From an uncultured Lachnospiraceae bacterium (GTDB taxonomy: Bacteria; Bacillota; Clostridia; Lachnospirales; Lachnospiraceae), in the NCBI GenBank assembly GCA_902773095.1, contig CACYDA010000170.1:1-48554 (forward strand): DNA of 48,554 nt. Reading direction: 5' to 3'. The translations under genes were made by a program, and so were the position numbers. A model generated the notes under the pieces. The model saw nothing but the letters and a program-made list of their open reading frames with translations. It was not told where the DNA came from and did no database searches. Shown here one piece after another: positions 1 through 9,915 of this stretch. Each line of letters begins with the position of its first letter. Position 1 is the stretch's first letter.

Positions 1-1400
1 AGTTTTATTTCAACATTATATTCATTTTCCAGTCTGTATTTTAAAACATCAAACTGCAACACACCGACTACACCTACAATAATCTCTTCCATTCCTGTAT
101 TAAACTCCTGGAAAATCTGAATGGCACCTTCCTGGGCAATCTGATTGATTCCTTTTACAAACTGTTTTCTTTTCATGGTATCCATCTGTCGGACTCTTGC
201 AAAATGCTCCGGTGCAAATGTTGGTATCCCCTCAAACTCAAACTTATCATTCGATTCACATAGAGTATCTCCGATGGAAAAGATTCCCGGATCAAATACA
301 CCTATAATATCTCCCGCATAGGCTTCCTCTACAATGTGTCTCTCCTGAGCCATCATCTGCTGTGGCTGGGAAAGTTTTACTTTTCTTCCACCCTGTACAT
401 GATTTACTTCCATACCGGCATCAAATTTTCCTGATGTAATTCTCATAAAAGCAATTCTGTCACGATGTGCCTTATTCATATTCGCTTGAATCTTAAATAC
501 AAATGCGGAAAAATCAGGTCTGAAAGGATCAACCTCACCCATATTGGACTTTCTTGGAAGTGGAGAAGTAGTCATTGTCAGAAAATGCTGCAAAAAGTTT
601 TCCACACCGAAATTGGTTAATGCTGATCCAAAAAATACCGGTGTCAGATTTCCTGCTCTGACCTCGTCTAAATCGAATTCCTGGCTTGCCCCATCTAAAA
701 GCTCCAGTTCCTCACTTAGTTTCTCATACAAATCAAGACCCATATGTTCGATTAATTCGTCATGATTCTTCTCATCAAAATCGATTCTGCTTGTCTCTAC
801 CTGTTTCTGACCATTCATTGCAGCCTTGAAGGTCGTGACACAATTGATTTTTCTCTCATATACCCCTTTAAAACTTTTTCCCGAACCGATTGGCCAGTTG
901 ATCGGGCAAGTACTGATACCGAGAACATTTTCAATATCATCCAGCAAATCAAACGGATCATTTGCTTCCCGATCCATCTTATTGATAAAAGTAAAGATTG
1001 GTATATGCCTTAACACACATACCTTAAACAGTTTAATTGTCTGCTTTTCCACACCCTTTGACGCATCGATGACCATTACTGCCGAATCCGCAGCCATCAG
1101 AGTTCTGTACGTATCTTCCGAGAAATCTTCATGTCCCGGTGTATCAAGAATATTGATACAGTATCCATCATAATTAAACTGCATAACAGAAGATGTAACC
1201 GAAATACCTCTCTCTTTTTCAATCTCCATCCAGTCAGAAACTGCATGCTTTGCTGTTTTCTTTCCTTTTACAGATCCGGCAAGATTGATTGCTTTTCCGT
1301 ATAACAAAAATTTTTCTGTAAGCGTAGTCTTACCGGCATCCGGATGCGATATAATCGCAAAAGTCCTTCTTTTCTTAATCTCTGCATTGATATCAGACAT
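1..1400 (-). CDS. prfC: Peptide chain release factor 3 (3' end runs off the window)
   Basis: Not in the ORF track. Read manually from ATG at 1400 (SD AGGAG): MSDINAEIKKRRTFAIISHPDAGKTTLTEKFLLYG...SDWMEIEKERGISVTSS...DTPGHEDFSEDTYR, the RF3 GTPase signature. Confidence 0.96.
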   Translation of the reverse strand, partial: MSDINAEIKKRRTFAIISHPDAGKTTLTEKFLLYGKAINLAGSVKGKKTAKHAVSDWMEIEKERGISVTSSVMQFNYDGYCINILDTPGHEDFSEDTYRTLMAADSAVMVIDASKGVEKQTIKLFKVCVLRHIPIFTFINKMDREANDPFDLLDDIENVLGISTCPINWPIGSGKSFKGVYERKINCVTTFKAAMNGQKQVETSRIDFDEKNHDELIEHMGLDLYEKLSEELELLDGASQEFDLDEVRAGNLTPVFFGSALTNFGVENFLQHFLTMTTSPLPRKSNMGEVDPFRPDFSAFVFKIQANMNKAHRDRIAFMRITSGKFDAGMEVNHVQGGRKVKLSQPQQMMAQERHIVEEAYAGDIIGVFDPGIFSIGDTLCESNDKFEFEGIPTFAPEHFARVRQMDTMKRKQFVKGINQIAQEGAIQIFQEFNTGMEEIIVGVVGVLQFDVLKYRLENEYNVEIK

Positions 1401-1524
1401 GAAATTCTCTCCTTCTCAATTGTTTTCTTCATAGATTATATTGTTATATTACAGGTGTAAAGATGCACCGTTATCATTCACTGATGCGCTACCTGTACAC
1501 TAGCTCTATCACTCAAACTAGTAT

Positions 1525-1553
1525 ATAGTATCATAATTTAGGATTTATGGCAA
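1525..1553 (-). promoter_or_regulatory. Putative sigma-A promoter for prfC
   Basis: TTGCCA-N17-TACTAT with TGn extension on the minus strand. Confidence 0.5.
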
Positions 1554-1610
1554 TTTTTTTGTTATTCTAAATTTTTTCTAAACTTTTTTCAATTAATTTC
1601 GTATATTTTA

Positions 1611-1639
1611 TTGACACATCGTCAAAATATTGGCATAAT
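1611..1639 (+). promoter_or_regulatory. Putative sigma-A promoter for degV
   Basis: TTGACA (1611-1616), 17-nt spacer, TGn-CATAAT (1634-1639). Confidence 0.65.
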
Positions 1640-1804
1640 GTAGTTATGAAAACTATTTTGTACCGTGCGCTGACTGGTACATATTCATTTAAGAAATAAA
1701 ATAGTTTATTTTTTTAGGTTTAATATGGTACAAATAGCGTATTTTTGTATCACATATAGATTAGATTATTAATTTGCTTATTCAGCGCAGAAAGAGGACT
1801 ATTT

Positions 1805-2671
1805 ATGAACAACTATATTATTACCAGTGATGCTACATGTGATCTTCCTGATGAATATATATCAGAACATAATATTGATATCATTCCTATTTATTATACA
1901 TTGGACAATGAGACAATTTATGGCGATGAAATCAAACTTCCACCGCAGGAGTTTTACAATAAGATGAGAGAGGGAATGATGCCTACTACGATGGCAATCA
2001 ACCCGGAAACTGCTACTAAACACTTAAGAAAGCATTTAGAGGATGGTTTCGATGTTCTTCACATTTCCTTCTCTTCCAGTCTTTCTAGCAGCTGTGACAC
2101 ATCTATGTTGGTTGCCAATGAATTAGCAGAAGAGTTTCCAGATCGAAAGATCATTGTTGTCGATTCAAAATCTGCTACATTAGGTCAGGGACTTTTGGTC
2201 TGCAAAGCTATAGAGAACCAGAAAAAAGGGATGAGTTTTGAAGATAATGCAAAATGGCTTGAAGAGCATGTGCCTCATGTATGCCAGCAGCTTACAGTTG
2301 ATGATCTAAATCATTTATATAGAGGAGGCAGATTATCAAGAACTTCTGCTATTGTAGGTACCATTATCAGTGTAAAACCTATTATCCATATTGATAATGA
2401 TGGTAAATTAGCTTCTGTCAACAGTGTGCGTGGTCGTAAAAAATCTTTAAATACTCTTATTGACAATATGACAGAAAATATCAAAGGGTTTGACAATGAT
2501 ACCGTTTTCATCTCACATGGTGACTGCTATGAAGATGCGAAGTATGTAGCTGATCAGATTAAGGAGCGTTTTGGAATCGAAAATGCAATGATCAACTTTG
2601 CCAGTCCTGTTATTGGTTCCCATACAGGTCCGGGATTTCTCTTTGTCAGCTATTTAGCAAAAGAACGATAA
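1805..2671 (+). CDS. DegV family fatty-acid-binding protein (FakB-like)
   Basis: ITSDATCDL N-terminus, SSSLSS, DS..AT.GQGL, L.RGGRLS, KPII, ISHG and IGSHTGPG motifs; 288 aa. Confidence 0.93.
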   Translation: MNNYIITSDATCDLPDEYISEHNIDIIPIYYTLDNETIYGDEIKLPPQEFYNKMREGMMPTTMAINPETATKHLRKHLEDGFDVLHISFSSSLSSSCDTSMLVANELAEEFPDRKIIVVDSKSATLGQGLLVCKAIENQKKGMSFEDNAKWLEEHVPHVCQQLTVDDLNHLYRGGRLSRTSAIVGTIISVKPIIHIDNDGKLASVNSVRGRKKSLNTLIDNMTENIKGFDNDTVFISHGDCYEDAKYVADQIKERFGIENAMINFASPVIGSHTGPGFLFVSYLAKER

Positions 2672-2733
2672 TCGTCTCAGTGCCGGCAGCATTAATGAAA
2701 ATGTTTTTTCTTCTATTTTTTAACAATATTCTA

Positions 2734-2772
2734 AAAAGAGAATTTGCCAAATCTATTGGCAAATTCTCTTTT
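2734..2772 (+). terminator. Intrinsic terminator after degV
   Basis: AAAAGAGAATTTGCCAA / TTGGCAAATTCTCTTTT perfect inverted repeat followed by T-rich sequence. Confidence 0.85.
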
Positions 2773-2852
2773 GTTTTATATAATGAAATATATCTATTTC
2801 GTTTTAAAAATAATATCAATAGGTAATATCAACAATGAAAGGAAGATGCAAA

Positions 2853-4310
2853 ATGCCAAATCAAAAAAAAGTTTCCGATGATGCTTTTCATGACATAAAA
2901 GATCTGTTTTTAAATCTGGTCTATAAACTCTCATCCAAAACAGATTATTCTGATGTTTCTATTCTTGTTGAAAAGTCGTTTGGAAAGAATTATCGAGTAT
3001 CCAAATCCGGTACAATTATCAAAGATAATGCTTTTGCAACAAACGGAGCAGTGATAAGACTTCTGTCACCGAAGGGACTGTATGAATATTCTTTTAATGA
3101 TTTTTCAAAGGAATTCATAGAATCGATTCCCCAAAAGATTCATGACAAGATTCTTCATATTTCTAATCCATCAAAGAATCAATCTCATCCCTATAAAAAC
3201 TATTTTCATAATGTGGACTGCAGAAATGACAATACCATTTGTTTTAACAAATCCACCTCATATTATGTAAATCCTGAAAATTTGTCTACTGAAAAAATTA
3301 CACAAATTCTCACCGGAATACACCAAAATGCCATGAACTATGATGATAAAATCATCGACTGTGTATGCATTTATCAGTATCTGACAATTCACAAATTGTA
3401 TCTGTCAAGTACAAAAGATTTACAGCAGAATATCATGTGGTCCAGTGGTGTGATTCAGCCACTTGCTTCGGATGGTGAAAAAACCTATCATTATTATCAG
3501 TCATTTTCAAAACTTGGCGGTGCAGAATTATTAGATGAGATGCAGTCTGATCTCTCAGAGTCATGCAAAAATGCAATCGATTTATTAGGCAGTACCCCTC
3601 CTCCGTCAGGCACTTATGATGTAATCTGTATGCCTGATGTCACAGGACTCATTGCACATGAAGCATTTGGTCACGGTGTTGAAATGGATATGTTCGTGAA
3701 AGACCGCGCACTTGCTAAGAATTATATCGGCACCCAGATTGCCTCTCCACTAGTTACAATGCATGACAATGCCTCCACCTGTCATCAGACAGCGACATAT
3801 TTCTTTGATGATGAAGGCACAATTTCTAATGATACTGTGATTATCGACAAAGGAATTTTAAAATGTGGTATCAACGACTTACTCAGTGCTGAGATTTTAT
3901 CTGTCTCTCCAACCGGCAATGGGCGACGTGAATCTTATGAGCGAAAAGCTTACACCAGAATGACAAATACTTATTTTGAAGCAGGTGAAAGCAAATTGGA
4001 AGATATGATTGCTTCCATTGATTATGGTATCCTGCTTGAAAATGGTTCGAGTGGAATGGAAGATCCAAAAAACTGGGGAATTCAATGTATGGTAAATATC
4101 GGGCGTGAAATAAAAGACGGTAAACTGACAGGCAAAATTTTTTCACCCATCTGTCTCTCAGGCTATGTTCCTGATTTACTGAAATCGATTTCTATGGTGT
4201 CAACTGAACTGAAACTTAGCGGAAGCGGTTATTGCGGAAAAGGATACAAAGAATGGGTGAAAGTCTCTGATGGCGGTGCCGCAATCAAAGCAAAAGTTTC
4301 TATTTCATAA
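2853..4310 (+). CDS. tldD: TldD family metalloprotease (catalytic subunit)
   Basis: HEAFGHGVEMD zinc motif, DDEG, TGNGRRESY...RMTNT, C-terminal CGK..V.DGG. Start moved to ATG 2853 (SD AAGGAAG); the ORF-track start is 2835. Confidence 0.88.
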   Translation: MPNQKKVSDDAFHDIKDLFLNLVYKLSSKTDYSDVSILVEKSFGKNYRVSKSGTIIKDNAFATNGAVIRLLSPKGLYEYSFNDFSKEFIESIPQKIHDKILHISNPSKNQSHPYKNYFHNVDCRNDNTICFNKSTSYYVNPENLSTEKITQILTGIHQNAMNYDDKIIDCVCIYQYLTIHKLYLSSTKDLQQNIMWSSGVIQPLASDGEKTYHYYQSFSKLGGAELLDEMQSDLSESCKNAIDLLGSTPPPSGTYDVICMPDVTGLIAHEAFGHGVEMDMFVKDRALAKNYIGTQIASPLVTMHDNASTCHQTATYFFDDEGTISNDTVIIDKGILKCGINDLLSAEILSVSPTGNGRRESYERKAYTRMTNTYFEAGESKLEDMIASIDYGILLENGSSGMEDPKNWGIQCMVNIGREIKDGKLTGKIFSPICLSGYVPDLLKSISMVSTELKLSGSGYCGKGYKEWVKVSDGGAAIKAKVSIS

Positions 4311-4341
4311 TGATTATTAGTCAAATTGGAGGTAGATTACT

Positions 4342-5715
4342 ATGAACACTACAAATAATCCCACAGGTCAATTACTGATGGACAGAGTTTTAAAATGCAT
4401 ATCCGATAATGATATTCAGAATTATGCTTTATACAATACAACTACAGAGACAGAAGAAAAGTTTTTTATCAAACAGGAATGTACATTTGACAGAAACAAA
4501 CAAACCACGAAATGTGAAGTAACCATTTACCGTGATTTTGAGATTGATGAAAAAAAATACCGTGGCAGTTCCTCCTTTGTTGCTGACTTAAGCATGAGTG
4601 AAAAAGAACTTGATCATAAAATAAAAGATGCCTGCTCTTCTTCTTTGTATGTAAAGAATCCATACTATCCCCTGCCTGCCGGCAACAGAATGGAAACGGA
4701 TTCTGATGGCGACAAATCTTCTAAGCACGATATGGTAACTTGCGCTGATGATCACTCTTCAGGAAACACTGCCGTGTCTGAAGACAATTGTTATACTGCA
4801 GGTAATCTTGCGGAATTTGTATTCCAAAATGATGTGACTGAAGATGTATTTATTAATTCCTTAGAAATTTTTGTAACGAAACAATCCGTCCACATTATTA
4901 ATTCAAATGGAATCAATGTTTCCTACAATACGATTACCTATTCAGGCGAATTTGTTGTTCAGGCAAAACTTGCGAATGATGTAGAATTATACCATGATTT
5001 CAAATACTCTTCTCTTGATGATGATGATATTCCTTCTTCATTATCAAAACTTGTAAGTGACCACTTAAATGCTGTGAAAGACCGGGCAAATGCCATACCA
5101 ATTACAAAATTGCAATCTGATTCGGAACCATTTTTTGTCAATAGAGTGATTTTAGAAGGCGATTCCGTTTATGAATTGTTTCGCTATTATCTTTACAGAA
5201 CAGATGCTTCCATGGTTTATCCCGGATATTCACATTATAAGATTGGAGATTCCTGTGCTTGCAGCAATGCACAACCAATTACAATCACTTTGAATCCCAA
5301 AGTACCATACTCTCCGGAAGGAATCAGGCTCTTAAACCTTCCACTGATTTCGGAGAATACGATCCGGTATTTGACAGGAGATGCCCGCTTTTCCTTTTAC
5401 CTTGGCATACCGGCATCCGGCACTTACGAATCCTACCAAATGGAATGTGGAAGTACATCGATTGATGAGATGGAAAAAGAACCTTATCTGAAAATTGTCA
5501 GTTTTTCTGATTTTCAAATGGATGAGTTTACCGGTGGGTTCGGTGGAGAATACAGACTCGCCTACTATTTTGATGGAACAAAAACCATTCCTGTCACTAA
5601 TGGTTCCATCAGCGGAAATATTCTGGATGTGATAGAGAATATGATATTTTCAAGTGAAAAACAGACTTCCTATTATTTTGATGGACCACTTGCTATTTCT
5701 TATCAGAAAATATAG
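4342..5715 (+). CDS. PmbA/TldE family partner subunit
   Basis: Follows tldD with SD GGAGG; lacks HExxxH; C-terminal G.FGGE.RL...PV..GSISGN typical of PmbA_TldD. Confidence 0.78.
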   Translation: MNTTNNPTGQLLMDRVLKCISDNDIQNYALYNTTTETEEKFFIKQECTFDRNKQTTKCEVTIYRDFEIDEKKYRGSSSFVADLSMSEKELDHKIKDACSSSLYVKNPYYPLPAGNRMETDSDGDKSSKHDMVTCADDHSSGNTAVSEDNCYTAGNLAEFVFQNDVTEDVFINSLEIFVTKQSVHIINSNGINVSYNTITYSGEFVVQAKLANDVELYHDFKYSSLDDDDIPSSLSKLVSDHLNAVKDRANAIPITKLQSDSEPFFVNRVILEGDSVYELFRYYLYRTDASMVYPGYSHYKIGDSCACSNAQPITITLNPKVPYSPEGIRLLNLPLISENTIRYLTGDARFSFYLGIPASGTYESYQMECGSTSIDEMEKEPYLKIVSFSDFQMDEFTGGFGGEYRLAYYFDGTKTIPVTNGSISGNILDVIENMIFSSEKQTSYYFDGPLAISYQKI

Positions 5716-5719
5716 CATT

Positions 5720-5735
5720 TGCATGGCGTGTGCAT
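5720..5735 (-). repeat. Short 5'-end remnant of the terminator-associated repeat
   Basis: ATGCACACGCCATGCA directly after the glgP terminator T-tract; matches ATGTACACGCCCTGCA of the 25059-25153 copy at 14 of 16 positions. Confidence 0.5.
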
Positions 5736-5736
5736 G

Positions 5737-5775
5737 AAAAAAGAAGCCATATCATAATCGATATGGCTTCTTTTT
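5737..5775. terminator. Bidirectional intrinsic terminator between pmbA and glgP
   Basis: AAAAAGAAGCCATATC / GATATGGCTTCTTTTT between convergent genes. Confidence 0.88.
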
Positions 5776-5815
5776 GTTAACTTAATATTGATAATCTATT
5801 CAAATTGAAATCTAA

Positions 5816-8173
5816 TTAAGCTTTCCAAATCTCTTTTGCGTAATCAAGGATTGTTCTGTCTGAAGAGAATTTACCTGCGTTTGCTGTATTCATAAAGCAC
5901 TTCTTAGCAAATGCCTCAGCATCAGAGTAATCTTTGTTCACTCTCAATTTTGTATCAACATATGATGGGAAGTCTTCTAATAAGAAGTACTGATCTGCTT
6001 TCTCCCATGGTTTACTTTCAAATAATGACTTGTACAACTCTTTGAATAATCCTGTACCATCATCACTTAAAGTACCATTAATCAATGTATCAACAACTCT
6101 CTTGATTCTTGGGTTTGACTCATAAATCTTCTTTGGATTATATGAATCTTTGAGTTTCTCAAGTTCTTCTACTGTTGCGCCAAAGATATAGTTGTTCTCT
6201 TCGCCAGCTTCCTCAACAATTTCGATATTAGCACCATCGAGTGTACCAAGTGTAACAGCACCGTTTAACATGAATTTCATGTTACTTGTTCCTGATGCTT
6301 CTTTACCAGCTGTTGAAATCTGCTCTGAAACATCTGCAGCCGGAATAATCTTTTCAGCGTAAGATACACAGTAGTTAGAAACGAATACAACCTGTAACTT
6401 ATCATTCACTTCAGGATCATTAGCAATCATCTTAGAAATTTCATTGATAAACTTAATAATACCCTTTGCTCTGGCATATCCAGGAGCTGCTTTTGCGCCA
6501 AAGATAAATACTGTTGGATTGAAGTCTTTGATACTGCCATCTTTTAATCCATAATAGATATCAAGAATTGAGAACGCATTCAATAACTGACGTTTGTACT
6601 CATGTAATCTCTTAACCTGGATATCAAAGATAAAGTCAGGATTCACATCGATTCCTTCTTTTTCTTTGATATAAGCAGCAAGCTGTGCTTTCTTCACTTT
6701 CTTAATAGCGGCATATTCTTTGATTACTTTCTTCTTATCCTTGAACTCCTCTAATTTCTTGAGCTCGTCTAAATTCGTAATCCATCCATCGCCAATCTTA
6801 TCTGTAATGAAGCTTGCAAGTTCCTGATTGGCAAGTGCAAGCCATCTTCTCTGAGTAATACCATTTGTCTTATTGTTGAAACGCTCTGGATAAATCGCAT
6901 TCCACTCTTTTAGTTCTACATCTTTTAAGAGATCTGTATGGATCTGTGCAACACCATTTGTTGAATGACTTGCAAAGATTGCCATTCTTGCCATATGGAT
7001 AATGAACCACTCTTTGTTGTCATCATAAGGATTATCGATAATCTGATACTTATGAAGCTCATCCTCTTTCACACCAAGCTTCTTCACTTCTTTTAATAAT
7101 GCATCATTAACCTTAATCACATATTTGAAAACATCAGGAAGAACTGACTTGAAGAGTTTAACACTCCATTTTTCAAGAGCTTCTGCCAATATTGTATGAT
7201 TAGTATAAGCAAATACCTTTTTACAGATTTCTAATGCATCATCAAATGCCATTCCTTCATTTTCTACCAAGAGACGGCACAATTCAGGAATTGAAACAAC
7301 CGGATGTGTATCATTTAACTGGATTGCATACTCTTTTGATAATTTTGAGAAATCATCTCCATGTTTTTCTTTATATTTCTTTAATACATCCTGCAAAGAT
7401 GCACTTGAGAAGAAATACTGCTGTTTTAATCTTAATTTCTTACCGGCATCTGTAGAATCATTCGGATACAATACACTTGTAATAGCTTCTGCTTCATTCT
7501 TTTCTTTTACAGACTTTTCATATTTCTGCTCATTGAATAAGTCAAAGTTAAACTCTTCAATCGGCTCTGCCTGCCACAATCTGAGTGTATTAATCTTCTT
7601 TGCGCCATATCCGATCACCGGTGTATCATATGGTACTGCCCAGACTGACTGTCCTTTGAAGTCGATTTTTACTTTATCTTCTTCTCTTCTTACTGACCAT
7701 GGATCACCAAATTTTGTCCAGTTATCTGCTGTTTCCTTCTGGAAACCATTTTCAAAATACTGTTTAAAAATACCATAACGATATCTGATACCATAACCAT
7801 TCACAGTAACGTTCTGAGTTGCAGCTGAATCAAGGAAACATGCAGCAAGACGACCTAAACCTCCATTACCAAGGGCATTGTCTTCAATATCCTCAAATAC
7901 TTTGATATCAATACCGTTGTCAGAAAAGAGCTGTGATAACTCGTCCATCAATCCAAGGTTTAAAAGATTGTCATATACCAGTCTTCCTACAAGGAACTCA
8001 GCAGAAAGATAACATACCTTTTTCTTCTTTGTGTCCCATGACCATTTTTTAGCAATACTCTTCATGGCTGCCTTTGATACCGCATTATAAAGTTCTACTG
8101 TTGTAGCATCCTTTAATGTCTTGTTGTAATCAAGGTCTAAAATAGTCACAATGTTCTTTGTAAATGTACTCAT
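5816..8173 (-). CDS. glgP: Glycogen/starch/maltodextrin phosphorylase
   Basis: LGNGGLGRLAACFLDS, YGIRY.YG.F.Q, QLNDTHP, KRLHEYKRQ, EASGTSNMKFMLNGA (PLP lysine). Confidence 0.96.
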   Translation of the reverse strand: MSTFTKNIVTILDLDYNKTLKDATTVELYNAVSKAAMKSIAKKWSWDTKKKKVCYLSAEFLVGRLVYDNLLNLGLMDELSQLFSDNGIDIKVFEDIEDNALGNGGLGRLAACFLDSAATQNVTVNGYGIRYRYGIFKQYFENGFQKETADNWTKFGDPWSVRREEDKVKIDFKGQSVWAVPYDTPVIGYGAKKINTLRLWQAEPIEEFNFDLFNEQKYEKSVKEKNEAEAITSVLYPNDSTDAGKKLRLKQQYFFSSASLQDVLKKYKEKHGDDFSKLSKEYAIQLNDTHPVVSIPELCRLLVENEGMAFDDALEICKKVFAYTNHTILAEALEKWSVKLFKSVLPDVFKYVIKVNDALLKEVKKLGVKEDELHKYQIIDNPYDDNKEWFIIHMARMAIFASHSTNGVAQIHTDLLKDVELKEWNAIYPERFNNKTNGITQRRWLALANQELASFITDKIGDGWITNLDELKKLEEFKDKKKVIKEYAAIKKVKKAQLAAYIKEKEGIDVNPDFIFDIQVKRLHEYKRQLLNAFSILDIYYGLKDGSIKDFNPTVFIFGAKAAPGYARAKGIIKFINEISKMIANDPEVNDKLQVVFVSNYCVSYAEKIIPAADVSEQISTAGKEASGTSNMKFMLNGAVTLGTLDGANIEIVEEAGEENNYIFGATVEELEKLKDSYNPKKIYESNPRIKRVVDTLINGTLSDDGTGLFKELYKSLFESKPWEKADQYFLLEDFPSYVDTKLRVNKDYSDAEAFAKKCFMNTANAGKFSSDRTILDYAKEIWKA

Positions 8174-8234
8174 TACTCTTTTTTTCTCCTATTCTATTTA
8201 TTTATATTTTCCATCATAATAGATGATTAAATAA

Positions 8235-9743
8235 TTATCTCGCATAAAACTCTGCAAGTCGTTTTAACTCTTTTGCTTTCTTTTTCGTAAGCGCTCCCTT
8301 TGTCAGTCTCCACTTCCAGTTATCACCAACTGTTGATGGTGTATTCATTCTTGATTCATTACCAATTTCAAGAATATCCTGTATCTGGAAAATTGCGATT
8401 GCAGAAACACTTGCATAAGCTGCTCTTAAAACTGCTGCGGGAATATCATTCTTATTATCCACACCGAGATATTCATAAGCATATTTTAATTCTGATGCTT
8501 TCTTAGCATTAAAGAAACCTGCAACTGTCTCATTATCATGAGTTCCACCGTATACGAGTGAATTAGGTTTATAATTATGAGGTAAGTGAGAATTATCAGG
8601 AGAACCATCAAATGCAAATTCAATGATATTCATTCCCGGATAACCTGTCTTTGCAAGCAATTCTCTTACAGCCGGACTGACAACTCCTAAATCTTCTGCA
8701 ATGATCTTTGTATCTCCGATGGCACTATCAATGGCATCTGTGAGTTTCTTGCCAGGACCTTCTCTCCATACACCTTCTTTTGCATTATTGCAGTCTGCCT
8801 TAATCGAATAATAATTCACAACACCGATAAAGTGATCAATTCTTATGTAATCATATAATTTTGAATTGCTGGCCATTCTCTGTTTCCACCATTCAAATCC
8901 CTGTCTTTCCATCTCCGGCCAATTGTATAACGGATTTCCCCAAAGCTGACCGTCCTCAGAAAATGCATCCGGTGGAACACCTGCAACGTTAACCTGTTTA
9001 AAATCTTCATCCAATTCAAATAATTCCTTATGTGCCCAGACATCGGCACTGTCCATCGCAACATAGATTGGAATATCTCCAATCATTTCTACGCCCTGCT
9101 CATTAGCATATTTTCTAAGATTATTCCATTGCTCAAAAAACTTATACTGACAGAATTTCCAAAAAGCAATATCACCTGAAAATTCATTACGATATCTGTC
9201 AATCGCTTCAGGCTGTCTGGCCTTAATATCATAATCCCATGTTGCCCATTCGTTATTATCAAAATGGAACTTTACAGCCATATATAAACTGTAATCATCA
9301 AGCCAGTATGAGTTTTCCTGCTCAAACTGTCTGTATGCATCCTCATTCGCATAATTGCTATTTTCGAATGCCATTCTTAAGATCTCAAATCTTGAATTGT
9401 ACACTGTCGCATAATCAACATACTCGGCATTGTCACCCCACGGAAATTTCTTAATCTGTGATTTCGTGATCAGACCCTCTTCAACGAGATAATCTAAATC
9501 AATAAAATACGGATTACCGGCAAAAGCCGAAAACGACTGGTATGGACTGTCACCATAACTAGTCGGACCTACCGGAAGAACCTGCCAATACTTCTGACCT
9601 GCTTCAACCAAATAATCGACAAACTTATACGCTTCCTTGCCTAGAGTACCAATTCCATACGGTGATGGTAAACTGCTTATCGGTAATAAAAGCCCGGCTC
9701 CACGCTTTAATGTGTTGTCTTTCTTTTCATTCATGTCAGCCAT
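8235..9743 (-). CDS. malQ: 4-alpha-glucanotransferase (amylomaltase, GH77)
   Basis: GLLLPISSLP, WQVLP, SPYQSFSAFAGNP, GDIPIYV, GVPPDAFS..GQLWGNP, RIDHF, AEDLG, THDN. Confidence 0.96.
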   Translation of the reverse strand: MADMNEKKDNTLKRGAGLLLPISSLPSPYGIGTLGKEAYKFVDYLVEAGQKYWQVLPVGPTSYGDSPYQSFSAFAGNPYFIDLDYLVEEGLITKSQIKKFPWGDNAEYVDYATVYNSRFEILRMAFENSNYANEDAYRQFEQENSYWLDDYSLYMAVKFHFDNNEWATWDYDIKARQPEAIDRYRNEFSGDIAFWKFCQYKFFEQWNNLRKYANEQGVEMIGDIPIYVAMDSADVWAHKELFELDEDFKQVNVAGVPPDAFSEDGQLWGNPLYNWPEMERQGFEWWKQRMASNSKLYDYIRIDHFIGVVNYYSIKADCNNAKEGVWREGPGKKLTDAIDSAIGDTKIIAEDLGVVSPAVRELLAKTGYPGMNIIEFAFDGSPDNSHLPHNYKPNSLVYGGTHDNETVAGFFNAKKASELKYAYEYLGVDNKNDIPAAVLRAAYASVSAIAIFQIQDILEIGNESRMNTPSTVGDNWKWRLTKGALTKKKAKELKRLAEFYAR

Positions 9744-9790
9744 TTCTTCACCTCTTTATATAGTTTATATAAAATTCGAAATACAAATTT

Positions 9791-9819
9791 ATTTTATCAT
9801 TTACGCATATATGCGTCAA
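9791..9819 (-). promoter_or_regulatory. Sigma-A promoter of malQ-glgP with an overlapping palindrome
   Basis: TTGACG-N17-TAAAAT with TGn; perfect 14-bp palindrome ACGCATATATGCGT (9803-9816) covers the spacer and part of the -35. Confidence 0.6.
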
Positions 9820-9915
9820 GATATTATTTGCTTTTCATGCATGTTTTTTGCATATTTTCGCATTTTTTTCCCGATTATATTTCGAATTTTTATTCAAAAA
9901 TAATCCCATGTTTTA

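Noticed and set aside
544-1173. Short plus-strand ORFs here and the many antisense or overlapping 60-135 aa ORFs throughout the track
   Set aside because: Shadows of well-supported genes on the opposite strand or in another frame (here prfC), with no SD or recognisable motifs.
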